Sequence record: MT711527.1
Direction: 5' to 3' (one strand)
DNA length: 41,273 nt
Source of the DNA: Escherichia phage vB_EcoS_fTaEco01
The first letter of the stretch is position 1, and each line of letters starts with the position of its first letter. Position numbers and translations under genes: made by a program. This document shows positions 25,993 through 34,625 of the stretch, one piece after another. Below the pieces are notes generated by a model. It was not told where the DNA came from and searched no databases. It saw nothing but the letters and a program-made list of their open reading frames with translations.

Positions 25993-28162
25993 AACGCTTC
26001 ATCTCCGCGCCTTCTGCTACAAGAGGGAACCCCTCGGCCCACTCTGGTAATTCGCACATCAATCGTTCCAGTTCTGCGACATTGTATTCTGGTAAATCTG
26101 GTGTCTCGCAGATAATCTCATCGTGAACATGAAGCACAATCGGGTAGCCGTTTGCTTCGACGTTCAGCAGTGCATTAGCCAACAAATCACGGCACAGCGC
26201 CTGAGTGCAGTTTTCCACCAGTTTACCAGAGTAGGTGTACTGGAAGCCCCACTGACGGGTTAACTGGTTTTCGCCCTGGTACTTGATGCGCACGTTGGTA
26301 GACACCTTTCCATCTTCGTCTGTCTCTTTCGACACGCTCAACCCGACGCCAGGGTATGACATAACTCGACCAGACGGCAACGTCATACGCAACCACCAAC
26401 CGGCGACTTTGTTGCCGTTGTTGTCCGTTTCTACGTTGCGCGAAAACTTAACTCCCCGCGGCCCTGCGGTGAACTCTTTGCCCGGATTGCGGATAGCTGC
26501 CATAGCTGCGTCTTCAATATCCCGCCAGAAAGCTACTGTTTCCGGGTGTGACTCACGCCACATACGCTTGATAGCGTCGCAGGTACGCCACACTTTCTTA
26601 TCAAGAATATAAGATGGTCGGTCATCATTTTCACCTGGACGTGGTGGTCGCTTGGCTTCCTGAATACGCGCCCACTCATATCCACGTGCGGTAGCAGCCC
26701 AGATGTGGTCGGGGAAAGTCCCGTCCATTGTTTTTGCCATATCAACAAGGTCAAGGCCGAGGTTCTTGGCGAACTGTACGAATGCGCCGACACCACCCGC
26801 GTAGCCAAGTCCAAGTTCGCATGCCTTACCAATCTGGCGTAAGTCTTTACGTTCTTTCTTAATGTAATCCGGCTCCATGCCGAACATCTTGCCTGCGGTT
26901 ACGCAGTAAATATCCAGCCCGGCACGGAACGTATCAAGCGCGGTTTCTTCGCCAGCCAGCCACGCCAAACCGCGGCCTTCAACGTTCGAGTAGTCGGCGA
27001 CGACAAACTTATGTCCAGCTTCCGGGATAATGCAGCTGCGAACCGTAGATGCCGTTAGCTTGGCTACATCAAAACGGCGATGTGCTCGGCCCTTAAGTAA
27101 TGCTGAAATACCTTTATCCAGTTCATCATCGTGATAGTACCCACGCGCCAGGTTCTGCGGCTGGAAGCCTTTACCCGCAAATCGTAACGTACGTTTAGCT
27201 CCACCATACTGGATGCAACCGCGACGGCGGTCGTCAGACGAGCGGCCTAACAGCAGCGGGTTATATTTCGTTGACGCAGTGGATGCCGCCCCTAGGCGCA
27301 TTTCTATAATCGTGCGAGCGTCGTCCGGTAAATCATCGTCAGCAAGCAGGTCGTTAAGCGTAGACTTCTGCGCGTTGTGGATGCGATGCGCAGGCGCCAG
27401 TTCACGCAGAATCGGCAGGAAGTCCTTTCCGGTAAGCGAGCCGCCGTATTTACGTCGGGCTTCTTCCTGTAACTGCGCTTTGTGTTTCTCAACGGCTTCA
27501 ATCGCGGCTTCCGCCAGCGCAACGTCGACCTTAAACCCGCGGTCGTTAATTAACTGGTCCAGTTCCAGTACACGGTCTTCGAACTCGGAGTTACCCCAAC
27601 GCGGCAACTTATGGAACACTTCACGCATCGCGGTGATGTCGCTAACGGCGTACTTGATGAACAGCGCCCACTCATCCGGGTGCGTTTCAGCAGTGTAGCG
27701 GCGAATTTTGTAGTTCTTCGGCGTCGGTTTAGAGAAACGCTGAATAAGCGCTTTGCCGCGTTTGTCTTTCGCGTTGTCTGCAGACACGCCAAGCACTTCG
27801 CACAATGCGTCGAGTGAACCCGGCAGCGCGTGACGAAACGCCCAAATCATCGTATCAATGGTGTTGCTTACGGGAATATCAAAACCCCAGCAGTGCTTCA
27901 TGATGAGTCTGTCGAACATTGAGCCGTTGTGCCACACCATCTTAATACGGCTGTTTGGTTTCACCAGACGGCGTAACGCGCGGTGCAAATCACCCGGCAT
28001 GTCGCTGCCGTTGGTGCAATCCCATACCTGCACAGGCTCGTCGTCAAAAGCATATGTGCAGATTAGAACTTCGGTGGTTGGATGTTCGGCGTAAGCGTAG
28101 GAGCCGACTTTCTTCAAATCGGCTTCGGAGAATGTTTCAAAGTCTAAGAACAGGTAACTCAT
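25982..28162 (-). CDS. DNA polymerase, family A, with 3'-5' exonuclease domain
   Basis: Exo I FLDFET; motif A VVADYSNVEGR; motif B RQIGKACELGLGYAGG; motif C LHVHDEI. Confidence 0.85.
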   Translation of the reverse strand: MSYLFLDFETFSEADLKKVGSYAYAEHPTTEVLICTYAFDDEPVQVWDCTNGSDMPGDLHRALRRLVKPNSRIKMVWHNGSMFDRLIMKHCWGFDIPVSNTIDTMIWAFRHALPGSLDALCEVLGVSADNAKDKRGKALIQRFSKPTPKNYKIRRYTAETHPDEWALFIKYAVSDITAMREVFHKLPRWGNSEFEDRVLELDQLINDRGFKVDVALAEAAIEAVEKHKAQLQEEARRKYGGSLTGKDFLPILRELAPAHRIHNAQKSTLNDLLADDDLPDDARTIIEMRLGAASTASTKYNPLLLGRSSDDRRRGCIQYGGAKRTLRFAGKGFQPQNLARGYYHDDELDKGISALLKGRAHRRFDVAKLTASTVRSCIIPEAGHKFVVADYSNVEGRGLAWLAGEETALDTFRAGLDIYCVTAGKMFGMEPDYIKKERKDLRQIGKACELGLGYAGGVGAFVQFAKNLGLDLVDMAKTMDGTFPDHIWAATARGYEWARIQEAKRPPRPGENDDRPSYILDKKVWRTCDAIKRMWRESHPETVAFWRDIEDAAMAAIRNPGKEFTAGPRGVKFSRNVETDNNGNKVAGWWLRMTLPSGRVMSYPGVGLSVSKETDEDGKVSTNVRIKYQGENQLTRQWGFQYTYSGKLVENCTQALCRDLLANALLNVEANGYPIVLHVHDEIICETPDLPEYNVAELERLMCELPEWAEGFPLVAEGAEMKRYAK

Positions 28163-28176
28163 TATTTTTGACCCTT

Positions 28177-28202
28177 AGTAAAAAGGCCCAATGAAGGGCC
28201 TT
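28177..28202 (-). terminator. intra-operon terminator/attenuator hairpin between SSB-like gene and DNA polymerase
   Basis: On the minus strand: AAGGCCC-TTCATT-GGGCCTT followed by TTTTT. Confidence 0.35.
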
Positions 28203-28221
28203 AGTTAAATTGATTCAGATA

Positions 28222-28848
28222 TTAGCGACGACGACGCTCGCGGCGCGGTGCTTCATCTTCTTCGTCGTCTTCCAGGTCATTTACGCTGGCAGCGACTTTA
28301 GAACCGCCAAACGCTTTGCCTTCGCCAATGTATTTAATCGCCAGCAGGTTAACGCCGAGGACTTTATATTTCTGACTGAACCAGATTTCAACGCTTACGT
28401 TAGCGACGCAGCCGCTGTAAACCTGTTCACCTTCAATCTGTTCGCCGTCTACATTGAAGTCCTGTTCTACCTGAGTCTCGCCTTTTTTAGAGGTTACAAT
28501 CAGTGGCTGTTTCTGTGCCTTCGCCTTGAAGTAGAAGCCTTCCGGGAAGTCTTCAAACGGATTGTCGCGCTCGGCAATGTCTTTAATCGCACATTTATCC
28601 ATGTGCTTACCTTCGCCGTAGTTGGACTTCATCCACTTCTCAGCGGCAGCTGCGCCCAACGCTTCTTCAACCACAGCGTAAACGGTGTCGTAGAGCGCGT
28701 CGATTTGTGCGTGGTCAGACGGCAGGATGATAGTCGCGCTGTACTGGCCTTTAGTGATTGAGCCATCATCGTTTTCACGGTCTTTTTCGCGTTCGAATAC
28801 GTTAACCCATGCAGTGTTTACTTTACGCAGATTCAGTTTAATACCCAT
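28222..28848 (-). CDS. single-stranded DNA-binding protein-like (DUF2815-type)
   Basis: 208 aa with acidic tail DLEDDEEDEA; sits between a Cas4-like nuclease and the DNA polymerase. Confidence 0.5.
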   Translation of the reverse strand: MGIKLNLRKVNTAWVNVFEREKDRENDDGSITKGQYSATIILPSDHAQIDALYDTVYAVVEEALGAAAAEKWMKSNYGEGKHMDKCAIKDIAERDNPFEDFPEGFYFKAKAQKQPLIVTSKKGETQVEQDFNVDGEQIEGEQVYSGCVANVSVEIWFSQKYKVLGVNLLAIKYIGEGKAFGGSKVAASVNDLEDDEEDEAPRRERRRR

Positions 28849-28901
28849 CGTGATTTCTCGCTTTTCAGTTTACTCCGGGAACTGCCCGGCCAGTGATTAG
28901 A

Positions 28902-28930
28902 ACTATAATAGCTAACTATTCAGGTGTCAA
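28902..28930 (-). promoter_or_regulatory. internal promoter (TTGACA-17 nt-TATAGT)
   Basis: Reverse complement TTGACA-CCTGAATAGTTAGCTAT-TATAGT just upstream of the SSB-like gene. Confidence 0.5.
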
Positions 28931-28934
28931 CACT

Positions 28935-30188
28935 TTATTCCAAATCTTCTTCACTAACCTGATTCCACTCAGGACGTTTGTCGTCTGCCGTTGCGACACA
29001 TGGTGCGCCCGGCTTACGGGTAATAAACGGCTCAAGCGCTGCCATCTCATCCGCCGAAAGAACTTTTGCTGCCTCCGTAGGGGACATCAATACCTCTTTT
29101 TTGAGAATGTCGCCGTGTGACACTTCAATCGCATCGGCATCTTTCCACGCACGGTTACCCATCTTACCTTCAACCAGCTTGTACCCAGGAACTTTCTTAC
29201 CGGAATGCAATGCGGCGGTCATCGCTTTCTCAACCTTGTCGATGTGCTGGCGTAACAGCGGCAACTTCTCATACTCAACTACGAGTTGCTCCGTCGTCAG
29301 TTCCAGCACAAAGTCGTCTTCAAGTTCTTCCGCCAGTACAGAATTAACCGTCTTTGTACGCGCGGCACACTGTTCAGAGAACCGGCACCACTGGCAACCA
29401 TCTACTGACGGCTTAAAGTCTGACGCTTTCAGGTTCTTCTTACCGCGGAAATATGCATCAAGTGCTAACAGTGCTCGTTTTTGTGCGAACTTAGCGAACA
29501 GTTCCAGGCCTTCAACCGAGATATCCCACTCCGACGCACCCCCAGCGTACGGCTGGAAGATGACCAGACGAACAGTTGTTATGTTATAACGTCTCTTGAG
29601 TCGGCGATAGACACCGAGCGCGTAAAGCATAAGCTGCTTGTTTTCTTTCGCTTCAACACGATGCCGTCCAGTTTTAAGGTCGCCAATAATGAGCATGTGC
29701 TCGTCGGTGTTCGCCAGTTCCTGGACAGCAACGAGGTCAGCCGTTCCGAACGTCTCGACACCTTCATACCCAGGATGCAATACCTCAGTAAGATTGACTC
29801 GCATTTCCAGCTTGGCGTAAGTCGCTACGTCGATAATCGCTTTGCAGTAGTCGGTGTACTTGCGCACCTGCTCAATCATGTCCGCCGTAATCAGTACCGC
29901 GCCTTTCATTGGGCTGATTAGCGCCTTAATCTGGCCTTTACCTTCATCCAGCACGTAAGCGCCGACTTCGCGCTCTAACGGCAACGCGGTTCCTTTGATG
30001 TACTGGTTTAAATGGACCTCAGCTATAGTGTGGCACGCGGTTCCTGTAACGGCGGCTTTACCGGACGTGTTAGGAATATCTTTTTCACAGGCCAGAGAAG
30101 CCGGGCAGGTTAGCCACTTTTTAGCGCCTGACGGTGATAGTAAGGCGTGTACATCGTTATTGCCGCCGCGCTCTTTTAGAATCATCAT
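28935..30188 (-). CDS. PD-(D/E)xK family nuclease, Cas4/RecB-like (DUF2800-type)
   Basis: N-terminal LLSPSGAKKWLTCPASLAC, C-terminal Cys cluster DGCQWCRFSEQC consistent with Cas4-like Fe-S nucleases. Confidence 0.6.
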   Translation of the reverse strand: MMILKERGGNNDVHALLSPSGAKKWLTCPASLACEKDIPNTSGKAAVTGTACHTIAEVHLNQYIKGTALPLEREVGAYVLDEGKGQIKALISPMKGAVLITADMIEQVRKYTDYCKAIIDVATYAKLEMRVNLTEVLHPGYEGVETFGTADLVAVQELANTDEHMLIIGDLKTGRHRVEAKENKQLMLYALGVYRRLKRRYNITTVRLVIFQPYAGGASEWDISVEGLELFAKFAQKRALLALDAYFRGKKNLKASDFKPSVDGCQWCRFSEQCAARTKTVNSVLAEELEDDFVLELTTEQLVVEYEKLPLLRQHIDKVEKAMTAALHSGKKVPGYKLVEGKMGNRAWKDADAIEVSHGDILKKEVLMSPTEAAKVLSADEMAALEPFITRKPGAPCVATADDKRPEWNQVSEEDLE

Positions 30189-30442
30189 TTAGTGCCCTCC
30201 GGCAGTTCCGGTAAATACATCCAGTGAGTTATGCCCATCTCGATATACCGTTTCGTATATAGCTGATTTCCGTTCTCATCCAGCCCAGCCGTAATGTCGT
30301 CGAAATAGTCCTGTATATGTACAAAATCGATCCCACCTTCCGGGAACCCGTTATCGTCATATTTACCACCATCTACTGAGCAAACTAAAACAGAATCATC
30401 TTTTGACTCCGGCAATGCTTCGTTTACACTAACCCAATTCAT
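30185..30442 (-). CDS. DUF551-like hypothetical protein
   Basis: C-terminus GITHWMYLPELPE matches the THWMPLPEPP signature also seen in 35665-35865; ATG 30442 preferred over GTG 30457. Confidence 0.45.
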   Translation of the reverse strand: MNWVSVNEALPESKDDSVLVCSVDGGKYDDNGFPEGGIDFVHIQDYFDDITAGLDENGNQLYTKRYIEMGITHWMYLPELPEGTK

Positions 30443-30711
30443 ACCCTGTTCTCCCACTGGTCAATTAAATGTCGCGTCTTATGGTCGCAATGCATAGCCC
30501 AACCATACATCGACTCGAAGACATAAAAGTCAGGCTTGGCGAATGTCGTGCGCTTAATCTGCGACACGTGACGGCCTATATCTTTAGACAGCGGTACTTT
30601 GCCTAAGTACGCCATCTCTTCCATCTGGTGTGCACCGGACGGCGCACGTAACAGCCATAGCGCCTCTGTGTTATCCCGCCGGTCAACGGCGCGGTATAGT
30701 TGGTAAATCAT
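30439..30711 (-). CDS. hypothetical protein
   Basis: 90-aa ORF, GAGGG RBS, ATGA-coupled to downstream gene. Confidence 0.4.
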   Translation of the reverse strand: MIYQLYRAVDRRDNTEALWLLRAPSGAHQMEEMAYLGKVPLSKDIGRHVSQIKRTTFAKPDFYVFESMYGWAMHCDHKTRHLIDQWENRV

Positions 30712-30754
30712 AATCCCGACCCTCGGTTAAAGCGGCCCGAAGGCCGCGGGATAG

Positions 30755-31276
30755 TTATTCTTCTTCGAAATACTTGTTCTTGATTGCTGTCAGGCGCTCC
30801 AGATACTCAGCCAGGTCTTCGTCTTTAATCGCTGCAATCTTCATCTTCTTACCGGTAAACTCTTCCAGCAGTTCGTCAGAATCGTCGCACGCGGCATCGC
30901 TTGGGCCTTCGTTAATCGCATCGTCGATAGCCTGAATCTGGTCGCGCAGATACTGGTAATCGACTTCTTCTTTCTCTTCTTCCGGCTCTGGCGTTGGCTC
31001 CTCTACTTTAGCTTTACGCGGCTTGCGCTTCGGCTTCTCTTCTTCTGCTGGTTTAGTGTCGACGATGTCTTCACCTTCAACCGGGATTTCTTTCGCCTTC
31101 TCGACTTCTTCAAGTGCTTTAGCCAGTTCTTTTTTAACTGTCTCTACCCCAGTTACCGCGACGTCAACAGTCAATTCACCTACAGATTTGCTAGTCGGTT
31201 GTTTCACACTGTTTGCAGCAATCAGTTCGTGGGCGACTACGAAACGTTCCAGTAATACTAAGAATTTCTCTAACAT
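30755..31276 (-). CDS. acidic hypothetical protein (first gene downstream of promoter 31308-31336)
   Basis: 173 aa, strongly acidic with a short basic stretch (KPKRKPRKAK); strong GAGGAG RBS. Confidence 0.45.
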   Translation of the reverse strand: MLEKFLVLLERFVVAHELIAANSVKQPTSKSVGELTVDVAVTGVETVKKELAKALEEVEKAKEIPVEGEDIVDTKPAEEEKPKRKPRKAKVEEPTPEPEEEKEEVDYQYLRDQIQAIDDAINEGPSDAACDDSDELLEEFTGKKMKIAAIKDEDLAEYLERLTAIKNKYFEEE

Positions 31277-31307
31277 TTGTTTCTCTCCTCTCGTTTGGTA
31301 TGGGCTA

Positions 31308-31336
31308 ACTATAATAGCGAACTATTCACTTGTCAA
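31308..31336 (-). promoter_or_regulatory. promoter (TTGACA-17 nt-TATAGT) for leftward operon
   Basis: Reverse complement TTGACA-AGTGAATAGTTCGCTAT-TATAGT. Confidence 0.5.
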
Positions 31337-31340
31337 TGGG

Positions 31341-31369
31341 CTTTTCTAAAATAATTAATATGGTACTAT
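31341..31369 (+). promoter_or_regulatory. possible rightward promoter with extended -10 (TGG-TACTAT)
   Basis: TG-n-TACTAT at 31361-31369 upstream of the regulator gene; -35 poor. Confidence 0.3.
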
Positions 31370-31400
31370 TCACATATCAACTGACTAAGGAGTAATTGGC

Positions 31401-31616
31401 ATGCAACCATCTGAACTAGGTATCCGTGTAGAGCAACGCCGTAAAGAACTCGGTATCTCCCAGCGCCATCTGGCTGTCCTGGCCGGTGTTTCCCAAGGCG
31501 CAATTAACCAGCTTGCACTCGGTGTAACTCAGGACGTCCGCCCGGCGACGCTGTTTAAACTGGCGGAAGTGCTTGAAGTAGACGCCAAGTGGCTGGCGTT
31601 CGGTGAAGGGGCTTAA
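31401..31616 (+). CDS. XRE-family helix-turn-helix transcriptional regulator (Cro/CI-like)
   Basis: 71 aa with HTH core LGISQRHLAVLAGVSQGAINQLA; AAGGAG RBS; own terminator; only plus-strand gene inside the minus-strand block. Confidence 0.7.
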   Translation: MQPSELGIRVEQRRKELGISQRHLAVLAGVSQGAINQLALGVTQDVRPATLFKLAEVLEVDAKWLAFGEGA

Positions 31617-31631
31617 CGCCCCTTTCTTTTT
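31606..31631 (+). terminator. rho-independent terminator
   Basis: AAGGGGC-TTAAC-GCCCCTT followed by TCTTTTT. Confidence 0.6.
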
Positions 31632-31633
31632 AC

Positions 31634-33895
31634 CTATTCCAAATCCTCCTCTGTCACTGTCAGCATTTCATTCGGTTCGTATATTGTCTTAGGAATTTTG
31701 TTGTCGTTTATACCCCACGGCAGCCGGTACTGCTTAGGTATTGGCCTGTTGTTGTTATCCAGACCCGAGACGATAATCCCGGCCTCATGCATCTCTTCCA
31801 GTTTCTTTCGAAGGTCGTTATTAGCGTTAATCGGTACGCCGTAACTATCTTCTTTCGCCGCTTTGACGATAGCGGACATAGAAAACCCGCGCTTGTCGTC
31901 ACCCTGCTCCTGCAATTTACCCAATGCGTAAATAACCGTAGCCTCTTTGGAATCCAGTTTCTCGAACTGGCCTACCTTTTCTTTAACGGCTTCCTTCTGT
32001 TCGTCGGTCATACCTTCTACTTTCTTCACGAAGACAGAGAAGGCGTTGAAGTTGACAAAGACATCAATATGCGGATTTCCCGCGTCAAAATCGCGCACAT
32101 CGTCGCTACTGTACCCTTCTGGAAGACCCATGAAGTTGTGAGTTGGTTCTTTCTTTTCTGGTGGTTCCGCTATCTGAATCTTCTGTATTACGAATCCTCT
32201 GGCTTTCTGCCGTTCTCCGTTTCGGTTCTTTATGTGGTACAGGTTTATCTCTAAGTTGTTATCGTTGTCCGGTTTATGCAGAAACATCCCGTTATCGATG
32301 GAGTTGTGAAAATCACTACCACCTTTCGGCATCATGCCGTTCTCGGATGGTACGGTTTCGTCGATGTTTTTAGTCGGGTGCACCATTGCACCTACCGCGG
32401 CGTTAAGCGTCGATGCTATTTCGTTAAGCGCCTGCGCTGCTTCTTTCATAGACCGGTTGTCGTTCTCGTCGAAGCCCGGTATGCAAGTTTGTAGAGTATC
32501 AAACGTAACCTTTACAATTTTCTCTTCACCGGCAACACGGCGCATCATTCTCACCGCCTGGCGGCGCCACGCCTCATCAAGTAAATTACACCCATCGGCG
32601 ACACAATCGATAATGTGCAAGCGGTCCAGGCTATCCCCGAGGGCAATCTGCAAAGACTTTTTATGTCGCTCGAACGACTGCGCACCTTCACCCGCAAAAA
32701 TGAACGCATGTCCTTCTGCGACCTCAGCCCCGCCGAACGCATATCTTTTTTCAGCGGCAATAGCGGCGTCAATCGCCATACTAAATGTTGACTTACCAGT
32801 GTGGGACTTTGCGCAAATGTAGAAGGATTCATTAGTCTGCATAAGGCCGTCTACGACGGAGTAAGCAGGTTCTTTTTCTACTTCCGGCTCGTCTTCAAGG
32901 TCTTCCAGCGTGCAAGTTACAGGCTCTTCGTTCTCTGTGCGGTGCAATTCCTCAATCTCTTCGTCCGGTAAATCCGGCAAAGCCGCACGAATGCTGTTAA
33001 TACTGATAGGTTGCTTGTCTACGTTAAGCTCGTCTGGCAGTCCGCACATACGCAAGGCCAAATGTTGTCGACGGTTAAGTTCAGTGCAAGCGCCGTTGTT
33101 TGTGTGCTGGCACACGAAGCGCACTTCTTTACCGTCAAGCATAATGCTGGTGGAACCTTTGCCTGTATGCAGATGTTCATTAGGGCATGGCACTTCATAC
33201 CCTCGGCCGGAAGATAAAGCGTCAAGGCCCAGCTCGGCTTCGCAGAAATGAGCTATATCTGCGTTAAGCCCGTGCTCATCGGCGGCAAGTGTCTTAGCCT
33301 CGCGTTTACGCAGCCCCATCTCTTCGGCTTTCTTGATGTACCGCTCCGCACGGATAACACGCCCTTCTGTAACCGTTATCTTAGACTCTTTATGCGGCAG
33401 GTAGATGAGGCGGTTGCCGTCTTCCGTGCAGTGGTCGCGCAGCGATTCATCTATTTCTAACTCGGCACAAATAGCACGTTGCACCATCCACGCGTCGTTA
33501 GAGTTAAACGGCGTGCGAGCTGGAACCAGAACGCGGAATGCGTAATCCCCGTTTTTACACGCGTGCTGGTGTGACGCCGTTGTATGCAGAATGTTGAAGA
33601 ACGGCGCATTCTTAAATTTGCGTGTCAGGTTGCGGTACTGAGTACGGTTGAGATGGTCAAAGTCGAACTTAACCACACTGTCTTCCAGAATCGCGTTCTT
33701 ACGGCGACCACCAACAGGTGCGATAGCTTTCTGTTTAATCTTGGCGGCGTCGTACTCTTCCTTAGTCCACGACGGGTCCACGGATAAACGCTTCGATGTA
33801 TCACAGACATACTCCACAAACTGCTCCAGCGGCATTTCACGCGCTACAGGGTTTTTATCGAATGTGTTACGCAGCGTCGCAAAAACAATATTCAT
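31634..33895 (-). CDS. DNA primase/helicase (zinc-binding primase-like N-terminal region plus P-loop ATPase)
   Basis: 753 aa; Cys/His cluster CPNEHLH...CQHTNNGAC; Walker A AKSHTGKST. Confidence 0.7.
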   Translation of the reverse strand: MNIVFATLRNTFDKNPVAREMPLEQFVEYVCDTSKRLSVDPSWTKEEYDAAKIKQKAIAPVGGRRKNAILEDSVVKFDFDHLNRTQYRNLTRKFKNAPFFNILHTTASHQHACKNGDYAFRVLVPARTPFNSNDAWMVQRAICAELEIDESLRDHCTEDGNRLIYLPHKESKITVTEGRVIRAERYIKKAEEMGLRKREAKTLAADEHGLNADIAHFCEAELGLDALSSGRGYEVPCPNEHLHTGKGSTSIMLDGKEVRFVCQHTNNGACTELNRRQHLALRMCGLPDELNVDKQPISINSIRAALPDLPDEEIEELHRTENEEPVTCTLEDLEDEPEVEKEPAYSVVDGLMQTNESFYICAKSHTGKSTFSMAIDAAIAAEKRYAFGGAEVAEGHAFIFAGEGAQSFERHKKSLQIALGDSLDRLHIIDCVADGCNLLDEAWRRQAVRMMRRVAGEEKIVKVTFDTLQTCIPGFDENDNRSMKEAAQALNEIASTLNAAVGAMVHPTKNIDETVPSENGMMPKGGSDFHNSIDNGMFLHKPDNDNNLEINLYHIKNRNGERQKARGFVIQKIQIAEPPEKKEPTHNFMGLPEGYSSDDVRDFDAGNPHIDVFVNFNAFSVFVKKVEGMTDEQKEAVKEKVGQFEKLDSKEATVIYALGKLQEQGDDKRGFSMSAIVKAAKEDSYGVPINANNDLRKKLEEMHEAGIIVSGLDNNNRPIPKQYRLPWGINDNKIPKTIYEPNEMLTVTEEDLE

Positions 33896-34020
33896 TTCTT
33901 TTTCTCCGCACGTTCTAAGGCTTCCTGCATACGGCGCATTGCGCGGTTCATCTTTACTGGTGCGAAGAAATCAGCGCCGTGTTTCTGGCGGCGTAGCTGT
34001 GGAACTATTAACTTCGTCAT
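33892..34020 (-). CDS. hypothetical small basic protein (42 aa)
   Basis: AAGGA RBS; stop overlaps primase ATG (ATGA). Confidence 0.3.
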   Translation of the reverse strand: MTKLIVPQLRRQKHGADFFAPVKMNRAMRRMQEALERAEKKK

Positions 34021-34070
34021 TGTATAATCCTTGTGCTTACTTTGATGATTTATGCTTCGGCCCCGACGTT

Positions 34071-34304
34071 CTAGCGTTGGGGTTTCTTTTGTCTACGCAC
34101 CGCATTAACCCACTCTCCTTCGCTACGGTAAAAACTGCAATCAAGGATATCCTCTATAGAAAATTTAACTATTTTAGTGGGTCCACAAAAGTTATAAGGG
34201 AAAAGTTCTACATAACACCCATCGTCGGTTATATTTGACGCAATCTTGAAATAATATTTAATGCTGCCGTCTTCGCGGAAGCTACAACCCATACGCCCAA
34301 TCAT
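34071..34304 (-). CDS. hypothetical protein
   Basis: 77-aa ORF ATGA-coupled to upstream HTH gene. Confidence 0.4.
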   Translation of the reverse strand: MIGRMGCSFREDGSIKYYFKIASNITDDGCYVELFPYNFCGPTKIVKFSIEDILDCSFYRSEGEWVNAVRRQKKPQR

Positions 34305-34483
34305 TTCACGTTCTCCTTAATCCATGCTTCAACTTTATTACGGTCGAATGTTCCCGGTAAACGGCGACCCATAACCTTAATACAACAATCCGGGAATTTA
34401 CCACTGCGTAACCAGTTATTAATTGTCTGACGTGTCACCCCAATACGCTCGGCTACTTCATTCTGGGTCATGTAATGTTGCAT
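34301..34483 (-). CDS. helix-turn-helix DNA-binding protein (AlpA/excisionase-like fold), first gene of leftward early operon
   Basis: MTQNEVAERIGVTRQTINNWL HTH core; CAGGAG RBS before ATG 34483. Confidence 0.55.
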   Translation of the reverse strand: MQHYMTQNEVAERIGVTRQTINNWLRSGKFPDCCIKVMGRRLPGTFDRNKVEAWIKENVK

Positions 34484-34514
34484 TTTTAAATCTCCTGTTT
34501 GTTTGGTGAAGCCA

Positions 34515-34543
34515 AGTATAGGATAGCGGGAATGTAAAAGCAA
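34515..34543 (-). promoter_or_regulatory. leftward early promoter (TTGCTT-17 nt-TATACT)
   Basis: Reverse-complement hexamers with 17-nt spacer; back-to-back with the rightward promoter at 34591-34619. Confidence 0.45.
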
Positions 34544-34590
34544 CCAAAACACCACACAAAGTTACTAAGATACAAAAGATGCTACTAGTA

Positions 34591-34619
34591 TTGACTTTTA
34601 CTAAGAAATATGGTAAGCT
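34591..34619 (+). promoter_or_regulatory. rightward sigma70-like promoter (TTGACT-17 nt-TAAGCT)
   Basis: Same hexamers and spacing as the promoter at 4420-4448. Confidence 0.5.
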
Positions 34620-34625
34620 CAGCCT

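Noticed and set aside
28210-28761. Plus-strand ORFs within the minus-strand replication block (28210-28761, 28978-29589, 27213-27698, 32334-32822, 33648-34238)
   Set aside because: Each lies entirely inside a minus-strand gene with recognisable enzyme motifs (SSB-like, Cas4-like nuclease, DNA polymerase, primase); opposite-strand shadows.
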